From Verrucomicrobiia bacterium (GTDB taxonomy: Bacteria > Verrucomicrobiota > Verrucomicrobiia > Palsa-1439): a stretch of DNA of 62,665 nt. Below the pieces are notes generated by a model. That model was not told where the DNA came from and made no database searches. It was given only the letters and a program-made list of their open reading frames with translations. The stretch spans positions 1 through 62,665 of the forward strand of contig JBEKLX010000002.1 of assembly GCA_050008795.1 (NCBI GenBank), written 5' to 3'. Positions 39,616-48,134 of this stretch are shown here, one piece after another. The translations under genes were made by a program, and so were the position numbers. Numbering within the stretch: the first letter of the stretch is position 1; each line of letters starts with the position of its first letter.

Positions 39616-40179
39616 TCAATCGCCAACTGGGATGATGATTCGCACACCTACATATGGCTTGCTGTCTTGCCACATGTTGAGATCGAGCTTCACGCGCGGG
39701 TTGTCCTGTGATCCTCCGAGAGGATTTTCCATTGTGCGACACAGGTGGCCTTGATCAAAGGTGAAGTCAGCGTGGTCCACGATACTTTTAAGGAAGTGAT
39801 CTACGGCAAACGTGGCTGTGTCTAGACCGTATTTGGCGATCTCGATCTCGCGATTAACGGGCGACGGACTCTCTTGCGCTGGTCGGAATTCCGATTCGAA
39901 TTTTTCCCACGCCTTAGTGTCTGTCGGCTTGTGGTGTGTCATTAGAATCCGCTGGCGGTCGCGCTCTGGGAGCGTATTACGGTCAATCTGTTCGTTGATG
40001 TTATTCCGGATGGACTCCATCGGAACCGTGGAAACTGACAGGAAGGCTACCAAGGATGGGGACTCGGTTTTTTGCGCAGCAGCAGACTGAACGATTGACC
40101 AGCAGGAAACACATGTGACCATCCCCGATATAATCGAGCGCCAGTGGCTGAAGATGCCATGTTTGCCATGGCGGCTCAC
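39616..40179 (-). CDS. hypothetical secreted protein
   Basis: N-terminal hydrophobic signal-like segment. No recognised domain. Confidence 0.5.
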   Translation of the reverse strand: MSRHGKHGIFSHWRSIISGMVTCVSCWSIVQSAAAQKTESPSLVAFLSVSTVPMESIRNNINEQIDRNTLPERDRQRILMTHHKPTDTKAWEKFESEFRPAQESPSPVNREIEIAKYGLDTATFAVDHFLKSIVDHADFTFDQGHLCRTMENPLGGSQDNPRVKLDLNMWQDSKPYVGVRIIIPVGD

Positions 40180-40207
40180 GACGACCTCCTATCTCCCACA
40201 CACTTGG

Positions 40208-40606
40208 CTAGAACCGAGTCTTCATCGTATCGTAAATCAGTTGTGCTCCCGCTCGGTTGGCCGATGTATCAAACGTTCCCACCGTGATCCTGATTTGAGT
40301 CACTTTCTCGGTTTTGCGCAGCAGGTCGATGTTCACAGGTTGCTCCTGTGCGTTGCGCGCCTCCAAATGGGCAGACAACGCGTCATTCTTCGAGGACGTC
40401 ACGGGTATCTGTAGTTCTTTCAACGCCGCGTTGGCTGCATCCCATGCTTTGTCCAGGGACACTTCGTGGGTCACTTGCAATGTATTGCCAGCGTACTCCA
40501 CAGCGCCGTAAGTAGCCCCTCCCACAAGCAGCAAGGCACACCCTTGAACCAAAGCCATTGTGGCCAAGACACACACCATTAAAATCGCTGCTTTGAATGC
40601 TTTCAT
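40208..40606 (-). CDS. DUF3568-like lipoprotein
   Basis: MKAFKAAILMVCVLATMALVQGC lipobox. The later motif TQIRITVGTFD is typical of this small lipoprotein family. SD aaaggag precedes the start. Confidence 0.65.
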   Translation of the reverse strand: MKAFKAAILMVCVLATMALVQGCALLLVGGATYGAVEYAGNTLQVTHEVSLDKAWDAANAALKELQIPVTSSKNDALSAHLEARNAQEQPVNIDLLRKTEKVTQIRITVGTFDTSANRAGAQLIYDTMKTRF

Positions 40607-40685
40607 GCCTGTTCTCCTTTCACATTGTTGCTTACATTGAAAGGTTTTCACGGAGGAACATAAGCCGGGAAACCGAACGAGCGCA

Positions 40686-40703
40686 ATGGGGTATTGACCC
40701 CAT
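40686..40703. promoter_or_regulatory. palindrome site 1 (ATGGGGTATTGACCCCAT) in a divergent intergenic region
   Basis: 7-bp arms. TAGGTT lies 23 nt to the right (40727-40732) and TATGTT lies 23 nt to the left on the minus strand (40657-40662). Confidence 0.6.
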
Positions 40704-40762
40704 AGAAAATGCGCTGGCTCTTGGCGTAGGTTACCGGTAGCGATAAAGAAAGGAACAACAGT

Positions 40763-40915
40763 ATGGGTTTAATCCTATTAATATTGGTAATTCTCTTCCT
40801 CGTGGGCGCATTGCCTACCTGGCCCCACAGCAGAAACTGGGGATACTATCCGAGCGGCGGGCTCGGACTTGTCCTCCTTATCCTGCTTATATTAGTTCTG
40901 ATGGGCCGGATTTGA
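40763..40915 (+). CDS. DUF3309-family small membrane protein (50 aa)
   Basis: Not in the ORF track. Translation is MGLILLILVILFLVGALPTWPHSRNWGYYPSGGLGLVLLILLILVLMGRI. SD aaggaa upstream. Confidence 0.8.
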   Translation: MGLILLILVILFLVGALPTWPHSRNWGYYPSGGLGLVLLILLILVLMGRI

Positions 40916-40973
40916 AGGACGAACGCGACGAGGAACGTCAGCGTATACAATACCGCAGGCGTACTGGGCATTC

Positions 40974-41534
40974 ATGAAGAGAGCGACTTGGATCTGTGGC
41001 ATACTGATCGTGTGTGCGCTGGCAGTGTCACGCTGTTCGACGGTGCAGAAAATTCTCCCGACCACTGCCTGGCGTCAGGCCCGCGTGCGTAACGAAGGCT
41101 ACAGCCTCCTCTACCAACTGCTGAGTCAGGAAAGTGACGCAGCCAAAATCCTCATTATTAAACACGCTGACCCTCCGATCGCCGACATCATCAAAGAGAT
41201 CGCGAGCACCTGTGACCAAGCCAGGAAGGAACTGGAGCAGTTTCATGAAAAGTATCGTGACCTCAGCTTGGAGATGACACACCTGCCGCAGATCGAACAG
41301 CAGACGCGCGCCGCGATAGAATCGACCGTGACCAAACAGTTGCTATTCTCCAGCGGCAAGAAGTTTGAAGTTCGCTTCCTCTTTACCCAAGCCGAGGCCA
41401 TGAACTACGCCGCACATCTGGCGCAGGTATTGCACGATCAGGAAGACAACCCGGTTCGCAAAGAGTTTCTGGCCACGCTCTCGGAACGCTGTACCACGCT
41501 CCGTGACCGCGTGATGGAGCTGCTGAAGTACTGA
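40974..41534 (+). CDS. hypothetical exported protein
   Basis: Signal-like N-terminus MKRATWICGILIVCALAVSRC, then a helical, charged body. No recognised domain. Confidence 0.55.
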   Translation: MKRATWICGILIVCALAVSRCSTVQKILPTTAWRQARVRNEGYSLLYQLLSQESDAAKILIIKHADPPIADIIKEIASTCDQARKELEQFHEKYRDLSLEMTHLPQIEQQTRAAIESTVTKQLLFSSGKKFEVRFLFTQAEAMNYAAHLAQVLHDQEDNPVRKEFLATLSERCTTLRDRVMELLKY

Positions 41535-41549
41535 TCGCGGCTGTCGGTT

Positions 41550-42101
41550 TTAGAAATGCCAGTTGACGATAATCATGCCGGGGGCCAACTCGCCGGGCAA
41601 CCCGGTAAACCATCGGTTCTCGGGCATAATGTTCACCAGCCCGATTTGTACTCCGCTGTCCGCCGCCGCCGCATAGTTGAGCAATCCGAGCTGCAATCCT
41701 GTCAGTCTGCCCGCGGAGTTCACCACGCCGGTCTGCAGACCCTTCATTGAGCCTTTCGTGTAGTTCACGAATCCGCTCTGCCATCCCAGGAAATCCATTT
41801 CATTGTAATTGATCAGCGCCCATTGTACTCCCTTGTAGCTGTCGGAGTAGTTGAGGATGAATGCCCAACTCAGGCCGGCACTTTGACCCGTGGATCCGTT
41901 GACAATCCCCAGGGCCAGCGCTTTCTGCGGGTTCTCGCTCCATATACCGATGGTCAACCCATCGATTTCCTCGGTCCGATCGAAGATGGCGATATCCGGA
42001 GTAAGGCTGAGTTGTATCGGTTTGCTTCCGGCCATCACTCCAGTCGCGACCAGAGCAACGCCCATGAATACCAGTATCCTCTTCATATAATTGTTTTTCA
42101 T
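41550..42101 (-). CDS. secreted repeat protein with G-[LV]-Q-x-G-x-x-N repeats (LA_2272-like surface repeat family)
   Basis: Repeats GLTIGIWS, ALGIVNGS, GVQWALINY, GWQSGFVNY, GLQTGVVNS, GLQLGLLNY, GVQIGLVNI. An alternative start lies at 42086. Confidence 0.6.
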   Translation of the reverse strand: MKNNYMKRILVFMGVALVATGVMAGSKPIQLSLTPDIAIFDRTEEIDGLTIGIWSENPQKALALGIVNGSTGQSAGLSWAFILNYSDSYKGVQWALINYNEMDFLGWQSGFVNYTKGSMKGLQTGVVNSAGRLTGLQLGLLNYAAAADSGVQIGLVNIMPENRWFTGLPGELAPGMIIVNWHF

Positions 42102-42136
42102 GGCATAAGCATATGCCGGGAAGTGGTGCGGATGCT

Positions 42137-42154
42137 ATGGGGTGTTCACCCCAT
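42137..42154. promoter_or_regulatory. palindrome site 2 (ATGGGGTGTTCACCCCAT; reads ATGGGGTGAACACCCCAT on the minus strand)
   Basis: TATGCT (minus strand, 42108-42113) lies 23 nt from the palindrome, just upstream of the 42101 start. Confidence 0.6.
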
Positions 42155-42205
42155 TGGAGATTTCCTGAATCCAGCCCCGACGCGGCATGTCGGTCTGGCC
42201 GTAGA

Positions 42206-42889
42206 CTAAACAATCGTTAACTGGACACTGCTTTCGATGACGCCAGCAGAAATGGCGTAACGGGTGAGACCGGCCACGTCGTGAATATTCAGCTTCTGCA
42301 TGAGACTCTGCCGGTGTTTCTCGACGGTTTTGATGCTGATGCCCAATTCCGCCGCGACTTGTTTGTTTGGCGCGCCTTCGGCAATCAGTTGGAGCACTTC
42401 AATCTCGCGCGAACTCAGGTGGGCGACCTTCTTCTTGAGCAGTCCTTCTCGATCAAGCGACTTCTGATTGCGATTGTTGAGGCGCTTGGCAATGGAGGGG
42501 CTGAAAAATGTGTTTCCTTTGTGGGCTTCCCTAATCGCCCGTGCCAGAACCTGGAGGGAGGTTTGTTTGATTAGGTATCCCGCTGCGCCCAGCGCGGTCG
42601 CCTGCTCAACATAAGCATCATCACTGTGTGCGGAAAGAATGACCACCTTGGTGGCGGGGACAACTTTGAGAATCTGCCGGGTGGCTTCCAAACCATTGAG
42701 CAATGGCATCGCGATATCCATCACGACCACGGTGGGACGAAGTTTCCTGGTCAGTTGCACCGCTTGGCGGCCGGTCTGCGCTTCGCCGACCACCTCAATA
42801 TCGCTTTCGTGCTCCAGTAACGACCGCAGCCCCTCGCGCACGATCATGTGATCTTCAGCCAATAGAACGGTGATGTGCTTCATGGACAC
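42206..42889 (-). CDS. NarL/FixJ-family response regulator (REC + LuxR-type HTH)
   Basis: VLLAEDH, VVVMDIAMP (phospho-Asp context), LSSREIEVLQLIAEG..NKQVAAELGISIKTVEKHR. Confidence 0.95.
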   Translation of the reverse strand: MSMKHITVLLAEDHMIVREGLRSLLEHESDIEVVGEAQTGRQAVQLTRKLRPTVVVMDIAMPLLNGLEATRQILKVVPATKVVILSAHSDDAYVEQATALGAAGYLIKQTSLQVLARAIREAHKGNTFFSPSIAKRLNNRNQKSLDREGLLKKKVAHLSSREIEVLQLIAEGAPNKQVAAELGISIKTVEKHRQSLMQKLNIHDVAGLTRYAISAGVIESSVQLTIV

Positions 42890-42925
42890 GGAAGATTCTG
42901 TCCAAAACAGAATCCATGAGCAAGT

Positions 42926-44065
42926 CTAAACCTTGGCGCCGTTGCCGAACGGAATCTGCGCCCGGATGGTAGTGCCTTTGCCTGGCGAGGATTCGACGGC
43001 AAAGCTGCCGCCGACCATCTCCACCCGCTCGCGCATGCCGAGCACTCCCAATCGCTTGTAGCGTTTGGCGAACAAGACGCGTTCCACCTGAAAGCCCTTG
43101 CCGTCGTCTTTGATTTCCATGCGAATCGCGCCGGGGAGTTTCCGGATGCTCACGTTCACCCGGCTGGCTTGCGCATGCTGGGCGGTATTGGTGAGCGCTG
43201 CCTGGGCGACGCGATAGAGCACCGTTCGCTTGGCGTTGTCCAATTGTTCAACCCTGGCAGCAGTAAAGGTCGTGAAGTGAATGTGGATCCCCGTCCGTTT
43301 CGTAAACTCTTTCATAAAAGAATGGAGGGCGGGAATCAGCCCAAGGTCATCCAACACCGTCGGGCGCAATTCACGGGCAAACCGATGCACGATGTCCACC
43401 GACTTTTCCACCAGCCGTTGCGTGCGTGCGATCTTTTTCGTGAGGCCCTTGGCGTTGACCGTGGCCTCATTGTTCAATGTCGCCAGATGGACGTTGATGC
43501 CCGTCAAGGTCTGGGCGATTTCATCATGCAACTCGCGGCTGATCTGCTTACGCTCTTCCTCCTGCGCTGATAGAAGCTTGTGGGCTAGACGCCGCAATTG
43601 TTCCTGTTGGTGGCGCGACTGCTCCAACAAGCCGCTGTAGTGTTGTTCGCTGTTCCGGAGGGATTCTTCCATAGCCTTGCGCCGGACGATTTCCCGTTGC
43701 AGCCGCCGGTTCGCGGCGGCCAGTTCCACGGTACGCTGGCGCAGCGTCTGGTTCACTTGACTCAAGTGGACGTTGGCCTTTCGCATGGCGTGGTGAGTTT
43801 CCTCGATTGGAGTGATTGCCTCAACAAAAAAAACTTCCGCACGCTTGATCATCCCGTCTCTGGTTCCGGCTGAGTAACTTGGCGACACCAGTGTCACCAG
43901 TGCTTGCTTGTGCATCCTGGCGATGTCCAACGTCTCCAGCCCAATAGCCATGGCCCGATGTCCCAGTCGATCTGCAGGTTGCAAGCCAGCCCGTGGCCCT
44001 TGGTTTAGGTGGTTCCGCAACGCCGCCACGTATTGTCCCGACAACTTGGTTAATTTTAGTTTCAT
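42926..44065 (-). CDS. cytoplasmic sensor histidine kinase (HisKA_3 + HATPase_c) with a soluble N-terminal sensory domain and coiled coil
   Basis: H-box ISRELHDEIAQTL. N/G boxes: ALTNTAQHA, DDGKGF, GVLGMRERV. No TM segment. Start set to the ATG at 44065, preceded by ggaga. Confidence 0.9.
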   Translation of the reverse strand: MKLKLTKLSGQYVAALRNHLNQGPRAGLQPADRLGHRAMAIGLETLDIARMHKQALVTLVSPSYSAGTRDGMIKRAEVFFVEAITPIEETHHAMRKANVHLSQVNQTLRQRTVELAAANRRLQREIVRRKAMEESLRNSEQHYSGLLEQSRHQQEQLRRLAHKLLSAQEEERKQISRELHDEIAQTLTGINVHLATLNNEATVNAKGLTKKIARTQRLVEKSVDIVHRFARELRPTVLDDLGLIPALHSFMKEFTKRTGIHIHFTTFTAARVEQLDNAKRTVLYRVAQAALTNTAQHAQASRVNVSIRKLPGAIRMEIKDDGKGFQVERVLFAKRYKRLGVLGMRERVEMVGGSFAVESSPGKGTTIRAQIPFGNGAKV

Positions 44066-44133
44066 AATATCTCCAGAATTCATGCGCCACTATTAACCCG
44101 CTGTCACTCTCTGACGATTGCCTCAAGCCGTCT

Positions 44134-44150
44134 ATGGGGTAAAACCCTAC
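44134..44150. promoter_or_regulatory. degenerate palindrome site 3 (minus-strand GTAGGGTTTTACCCCAT) upstream of the kinase-regulator operon
   Basis: Same variant form as site 6 (GTAGGGTTATACCCCAT). AATCG follows at similar spacing. No clean TAnnnT hexamer. Confidence 0.45.
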
Positions 44151-44220
44151 TCAGCCGACCCGCTGATTTACTCCGTGGCGATTGGATTAATTTTTCGGAG
44201 GAGGCCTCCAGTAATCCCAG

Positions 44221-44238
44221 ATGGGGTGAACACCCCAT
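44221..44238. promoter_or_regulatory. palindrome site 4 (ATGGGGTGAACACCCCAT)
   Basis: Perfect 8-2-8 inverted repeat. TAGTGT at 44261-44266, 22 nt downstream. Upstream of the DUF3494 gene. Confidence 0.65.
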
Positions 44239-44316
44239 AGCAAAGAATCAGCCCATCGCTTAGTGTTCGCTTCAAGCGGGAATTTGAAGACGCAACAACA
44301 GAAGGGGAAAAGTACA

Positions 44317-46770
44317 ATGAGAGCAATTAATCCAATGGCGTTGGTAGTGAATGGAACGAAACGGATCCTAACGGGTCTTGTTGTTGCGGGTGCAGCAATG
44401 TTCTTGTCGCATGACGCGCTTGCCATGCAAGCCGGAACCAGTATTCACTTTATATTCAATACAGCCATGACGAACACCATGGTCGATACCGATGCCCGTG
44501 GCACAATCCGCGGCAACCTAAACCGCCAAGGGAATGCGAACTACCTGAATCTCAAGATCTCGCTGGCCAAGCTGGCTCCCACCACGACGTATCAGTTGGT
44601 TGCCTACATCGGTAACGACACCAACTCAACAAGCGTGACGAATTTCACCACGACCTCAAAAGGCGCATTCTCGGTCACATATGTGAAAAGGGGCTGGAGT
44701 AGCGCGAGCCCGGGCGGGCAACCGTTACCGGATGCGCTGAGCCAGATCTGCACCGTCCGTGAGTTGGCTATCGTCAACGGCAGCACGCAGACAGTTCTGC
44801 GGGCGGACCTTACGGACCCGGACAAGCTACAGTACCACGTCAACAATTTCATGGCCAATACCGGATTCATTCCCGTCGCGGTCGGAGCGCTTCAGATCAA
44901 TGCCACCAAACAACGCACCCAGTTCCGGTTGCAGGCCTTGGGTCTGACGCCTAGCACGACCTACCTACTTGCGATCAATGGGAGCGTTGCTCAGACGAAT
45001 ACGGCGAACAGCGCGGGCAAGCTGAATCTGACGGTCCTGCCTGGTTCGACGGACGTGCTTGGTATTTACACGCTGGCACTGACAGATGGCAGCGGCAGCA
45101 ACGTCGTGCTTACCACAGGCGGACTCGGAGTCCCTTGCGACACCGTTGCGCCCACCGTAAGTTTCACTATTCCTGCGAATGCTGCCACGGGTGTGGCGCT
45201 CAACAGTCAGCTCGCTGTCATCTTCAGTGAGGCGATGAATCCTGCTACGATCACCAACACAACCTTTATCTTGAAGCAAGGGGGCGCGATGGTCACCGGC
45301 ACGGTGAGCTACGCTGGCGTCACGGCTATTTTTACGCCAACAACCGCTCTCAGGACGAATGCCATCTATACGGCCACGATTACCACCGGGGCAACGGACT
45401 TGGCCGGTAATGCACTGGCAAGCGACTTCGTATGGAGCTTTATGACGGGCGCGTCGGAAGACACCATCAGACCCACCGTCACCGCCACCAGCCCGACGAA
45501 TGGTACCACGGCTGTGGCGCTCAACAGCAAACTCACCGCCGCTTTCAGTAAGGCGATGAATCCTGTTACGATCACAAACACAACCTTTACACTGCAGCAA
45601 GGGAGCACGACGGTTACCGGCACGGTGAGCTATGTGGGCGTCACGGCGGTTTTTGCGCCCGTAAGCAATCTCACGAGCAATGTTCTATACACGGCCACGA
45701 TTACCACCGGGGCAATGGACTTGGCCAGTAATGCACTGGCAACTAACTATGTCTGGAGCTTCACGACAGGCGCGTCCACAGATACAAACCGACCCACCGT
45801 CACTGCCACTAGCCCGACGAATACTGCCACGGGTGTGGCCATCAATCAGACCATCAACGCCACCTTCAGTAAGGCGATGGATCCCTTAACAATCAGCACG
45901 GCATACTTCACGGTGACCGGGCCTGGCTCAACTGTGGTGACAGGAACAGTCCTCTATGCTGTCGCGAGCAAGACTGCGACCTTTACACCAAATAGCCTTC
46001 TTGCAACCAACACCACGTATACGAACACGATTACCACCGGGGCAACGGACCTGGCTGGCAATGCACTGGCTTCGTCAACTAACTGGAGCTTCACGACGGG
46101 CGCGTCCACAGATACAAACTTAATTACAAACCCATTGTCAATCAACCTCGGAAGGGCCTCCACCTTCGCGATTATGGCGACCGCGGCGACCAGTGGCGGC
46201 GGCGACAACATTACCGGAGACGTTGGGTTGTATCCGGGTAGTTCACAGGGAATCCCGCCGTCAGAAATCAGCGGGACGATCCATGTGGATGATCAGGCCA
46301 TAATTGATGCTCAAGCCGATTTGTTGGCCGCGTATAACGACGCCGTTAGCCGATCGGTCAACGCTCAAACGTTGGAAGGCAATCTGGGCGGGCTGACCAA
46401 GTACCCTGGCCTCTATGTGAACTCGAGCTCGACCGGAATATCTGGATCGGGAGCAAACGCGATTCTAACTCTCGATGCCCAGGGTGACCCGAATGCGGTC
46501 TTCATCTTCAAGATGGGGTCCACGCTTACCACGGGTCCTGGTACCAGTATTGTCCTGAGCGGCGGGGCACTGGCGAAAAACGTCTATTGGCAGGTCGGCA
46601 GTTCAGCGACCTTGGATACGACCACCATCTTCAAGGGAAACATACTGGCTGCTGTTACCATCACGGTGAATAACGGTGCCGCGGTGGAAGGCAGATTGTT
46701 TGCCGGCTCAGGCGGCGGAGCGGGCTCGGTGACTGTACAGTCCAGCACCATTACAGTGCCTGCACCATAA
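44317..46770 (+). CDS. large secreted protein: two N-terminal beta-sandwich-like repeats, three Ig-like (SbsA/Big_5-type) repeats, C-terminal DUF3494 ice-binding-like domain
   Basis: Signal peptide MRAINPMALVV...AMFLSHDALA. Three units of about 107 aa (PTV..T.P.N...V.....I.A.FS.AM.P.TI....F.......V.GTV.Y......F.P...L......YT.TITTGA.DLAGNAL). The C-terminus (FAIMA..ATS, ITGDVGLYPG, LTLDAQGDPNAVFIFKMGSTLTT, NVYWQVGSSATL, GNILA) fits DUF3494. Confidence 0.8.
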   Translation: MRAINPMALVVNGTKRILTGLVVAGAAMFLSHDALAMQAGTSIHFIFNTAMTNTMVDTDARGTIRGNLNRQGNANYLNLKISLAKLAPTTTYQLVAYIGNDTNSTSVTNFTTTSKGAFSVTYVKRGWSSASPGGQPLPDALSQICTVRELAIVNGSTQTVLRADLTDPDKLQYHVNNFMANTGFIPVAVGALQINATKQRTQFRLQALGLTPSTTYLLAINGSVAQTNTANSAGKLNLTVLPGSTDVLGIYTLALTDGSGSNVVLTTGGLGVPCDTVAPTVSFTIPANAATGVALNSQLAVIFSEAMNPATITNTTFILKQGGAMVTGTVSYAGVTAIFTPTTALRTNAIYTATITTGATDLAGNALASDFVWSFMTGASEDTIRPTVTATSPTNGTTAVALNSKLTAAFSKAMNPVTITNTTFTLQQGSTTVTGTVSYVGVTAVFAPVSNLTSNVLYTATITTGAMDLASNALATNYVWSFTTGASTDTNRPTVTATSPTNTATGVAINQTINATFSKAMDPLTISTAYFTVTGPGSTVVTGTVLYAVASKTATFTPNSLLATNTTYTNTITTGATDLAGNALASSTNWSFTTGASTDTNLITNPLSINLGRASTFAIMATAATSGGGDNITGDVGLYPGSSQGIPPSEISGTIHVDDQAIIDAQADLLAAYNDAVSRSVNAQTLEGNLGGLTKYPGLYVNSSSTGISGSGANAILTLDAQGDPNAVFIFKMGSTLTTGPGTSIVLSGGALAKNVYWQVGSSATLDTTTIFKGNILAAVTITVNNGAAVEGRLFAGSGGGAGSVTVQSSTITVPAP
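45139..46110 (+). repeat. three tandem coding repeats (321, 321, 330 nt) encoding the Ig-like domains
   Basis: Units start at 45139, 45460 and 45781. Long near-identical stretches such as acggccacgattaccaccggggcaa. Confidence 0.9.
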
Positions 46771-46817
46771 GACACGAGTGATTGGATCAGTTTTTAGAGG
46801 GGCACCAGTAATCCCAG

Positions 46818-46835
46818 ATGGGGTGAACACCCCAT
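46818..46835. promoter_or_regulatory. palindrome site 5 (ATGGGGTGAACACCCCAT)
   Basis: Perfect copy. TAGCCT at 46858-46863, 22 nt downstream. The ATG of the next ORF is at 46874. Confidence 0.65.
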
Positions 46836-46873
46836 AGCGAAGGGCCGGCCTATCGCATAGCCTGCATCGCCAA

Positions 46874-47995
46874 ATGGTGAACCCAAAGAAACGACACAAG
46901 GTCTTCAAGGTCATCTTGGCGGGTTTGGTGGGCGGATTATTGGCTGCAGCGTCGATCGCTACGGCGTCTAATCCTTTGGACGATGTGAAGGGCTTCAGTG
47001 ATTTTCCCGCAGCCGACCTTGGCCGCATGCTTGATGGTGACATTCTCGGTACGCGGGGTTCGCTGATGAATTTTCCCAATGGGCTCTCTGTGCAAACATG
47101 TTTCGTGACACCGGAGGCGGCAGAGGAAACGGCCAGGCAATTGCAGGATTGGGATCCATTGCCGCACGAAGCGCTGAAGGTGTTCGCGTATCAAGCGATG
47201 CGTGGGCCGTGCGAGGCATCGGATTTTCAAAGCCTGAACCTGAAGTCGAATCAGGGCGCCATCCGCTGGCTGCTGGACAAGACCCTGGCCACCACGGCCG
47301 ACAAATCGGATCTCAACCTGACACGCGCCGAGGCGCAACGACTGGCGAACTGTGCCAATAGCAATTCCGATACCCAGGATGTGAGTGCGTGCTGGGTGGA
47401 GTTGCTGCGTGAACGTGTCGCTGTGTTCCAGCGCGATGGGTTCGACGGCCTGCCGCCGTACGAAGCCAACGGTGTAACGGTGTCACCGCGGACGCAGCTT
47501 CGCGAGATGCTGCGTGAGCAACCAGCCGTGGCCAGTCAGTTTGCGACGCTGTTGCAGCAGAGCGGGCTGCTGGGCGGCCAGGGGGCAGAGTCGCTCACGC
47601 CAACGTTGTACTGGACTCTGTTCGAGGCCAACCACCGCGCCACGTTGAGCCTCGGGGCTATCTACCTGTTGCCGCAAGGTGATCACTACCAACTCTTGGA
47701 TGTGCAATATTACGTCAGCGGCAAGTACTACGCAGCTGCGACACTATGTGAGATCTGGCCGATACGCGTTGGCGATAAATCGGGCGCGCTTGTATGGCGG
47801 GGTGATTTCGTTGCGGCGCCGGCGCTGTCGTTCATCAGGGGAACCGACCGGATCGTCTACGGCGCGATCCTGCTTCAGGAGATCAAGAAGGTGGTCCGCT
47901 GCTTCCATGATGACTTAAAGGCAAAAACGCTAACCCGTCACAGCGCCTCGACCAGGATTTTCGCAAATCCAAGCATCTCATCGGTTGTCCGCTGA
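46874..47995 (+). CDS. hypothetical exported protein (373 aa)
   Basis: N-terminal TM/signal KVILAGLVGGLLAAASIATA. No recognised domain. The start coincides with the conserved ATGGTGAACC block. Confidence 0.55.
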   Translation: MVNPKKRHKVFKVILAGLVGGLLAAASIATASNPLDDVKGFSDFPAADLGRMLDGDILGTRGSLMNFPNGLSVQTCFVTPEAAEETARQLQDWDPLPHEALKVFAYQAMRGPCEASDFQSLNLKSNQGAIRWLLDKTLATTADKSDLNLTRAEAQRLANCANSNSDTQDVSACWVELLRERVAVFQRDGFDGLPPYEANGVTVSPRTQLREMLREQPAVASQFATLLQQSGLLGGQGAESLTPTLYWTLFEANHRATLSLGAIYLLPQGDHYQLLDVQYYVSGKYYAAATLCEIWPIRVGDKSGALVWRGDFVAAPALSFIRGTDRIVYGAILLQEIKKVVRCFHDDLKAKTLTRHSASTRIFANPSISSVVR

Positions 47996-48049
47996 ATTCG
48001 CCTATTTATGGCGAGATCAGCTTTTAGCGGGCACCTCCAATCACCAACG

Positions 48050-48066
48050 GTAGGGTTATACCCCAT
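48050..48066. promoter_or_regulatory. palindrome site 6, variant form (GTAGGGTTATACCCCAT)
   Basis: TAGCCT at 48089-48094, 22 nt downstream. Followed by the mini-ORF ATGGTGAACCTGAAGTAG (48100-48117) and then the lmo0937-type gene. Confidence 0.55.
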
Positions 48067-48134
48067 AGCAAATGGGCAGCCAATCGCGTAGCCTGTCTCA
48101 TGGTGAACCTGAAGTAGACCGAAAGGAAAATCAT

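Noticed and set aside
45139-46110. Tandem repeats considered as a possible CRISPR or satellite array
   Set aside because: The period is 321-330 nt, with no short repeat/spacer structure. The units are in frame and encode Ig-like domains within one long ORF.
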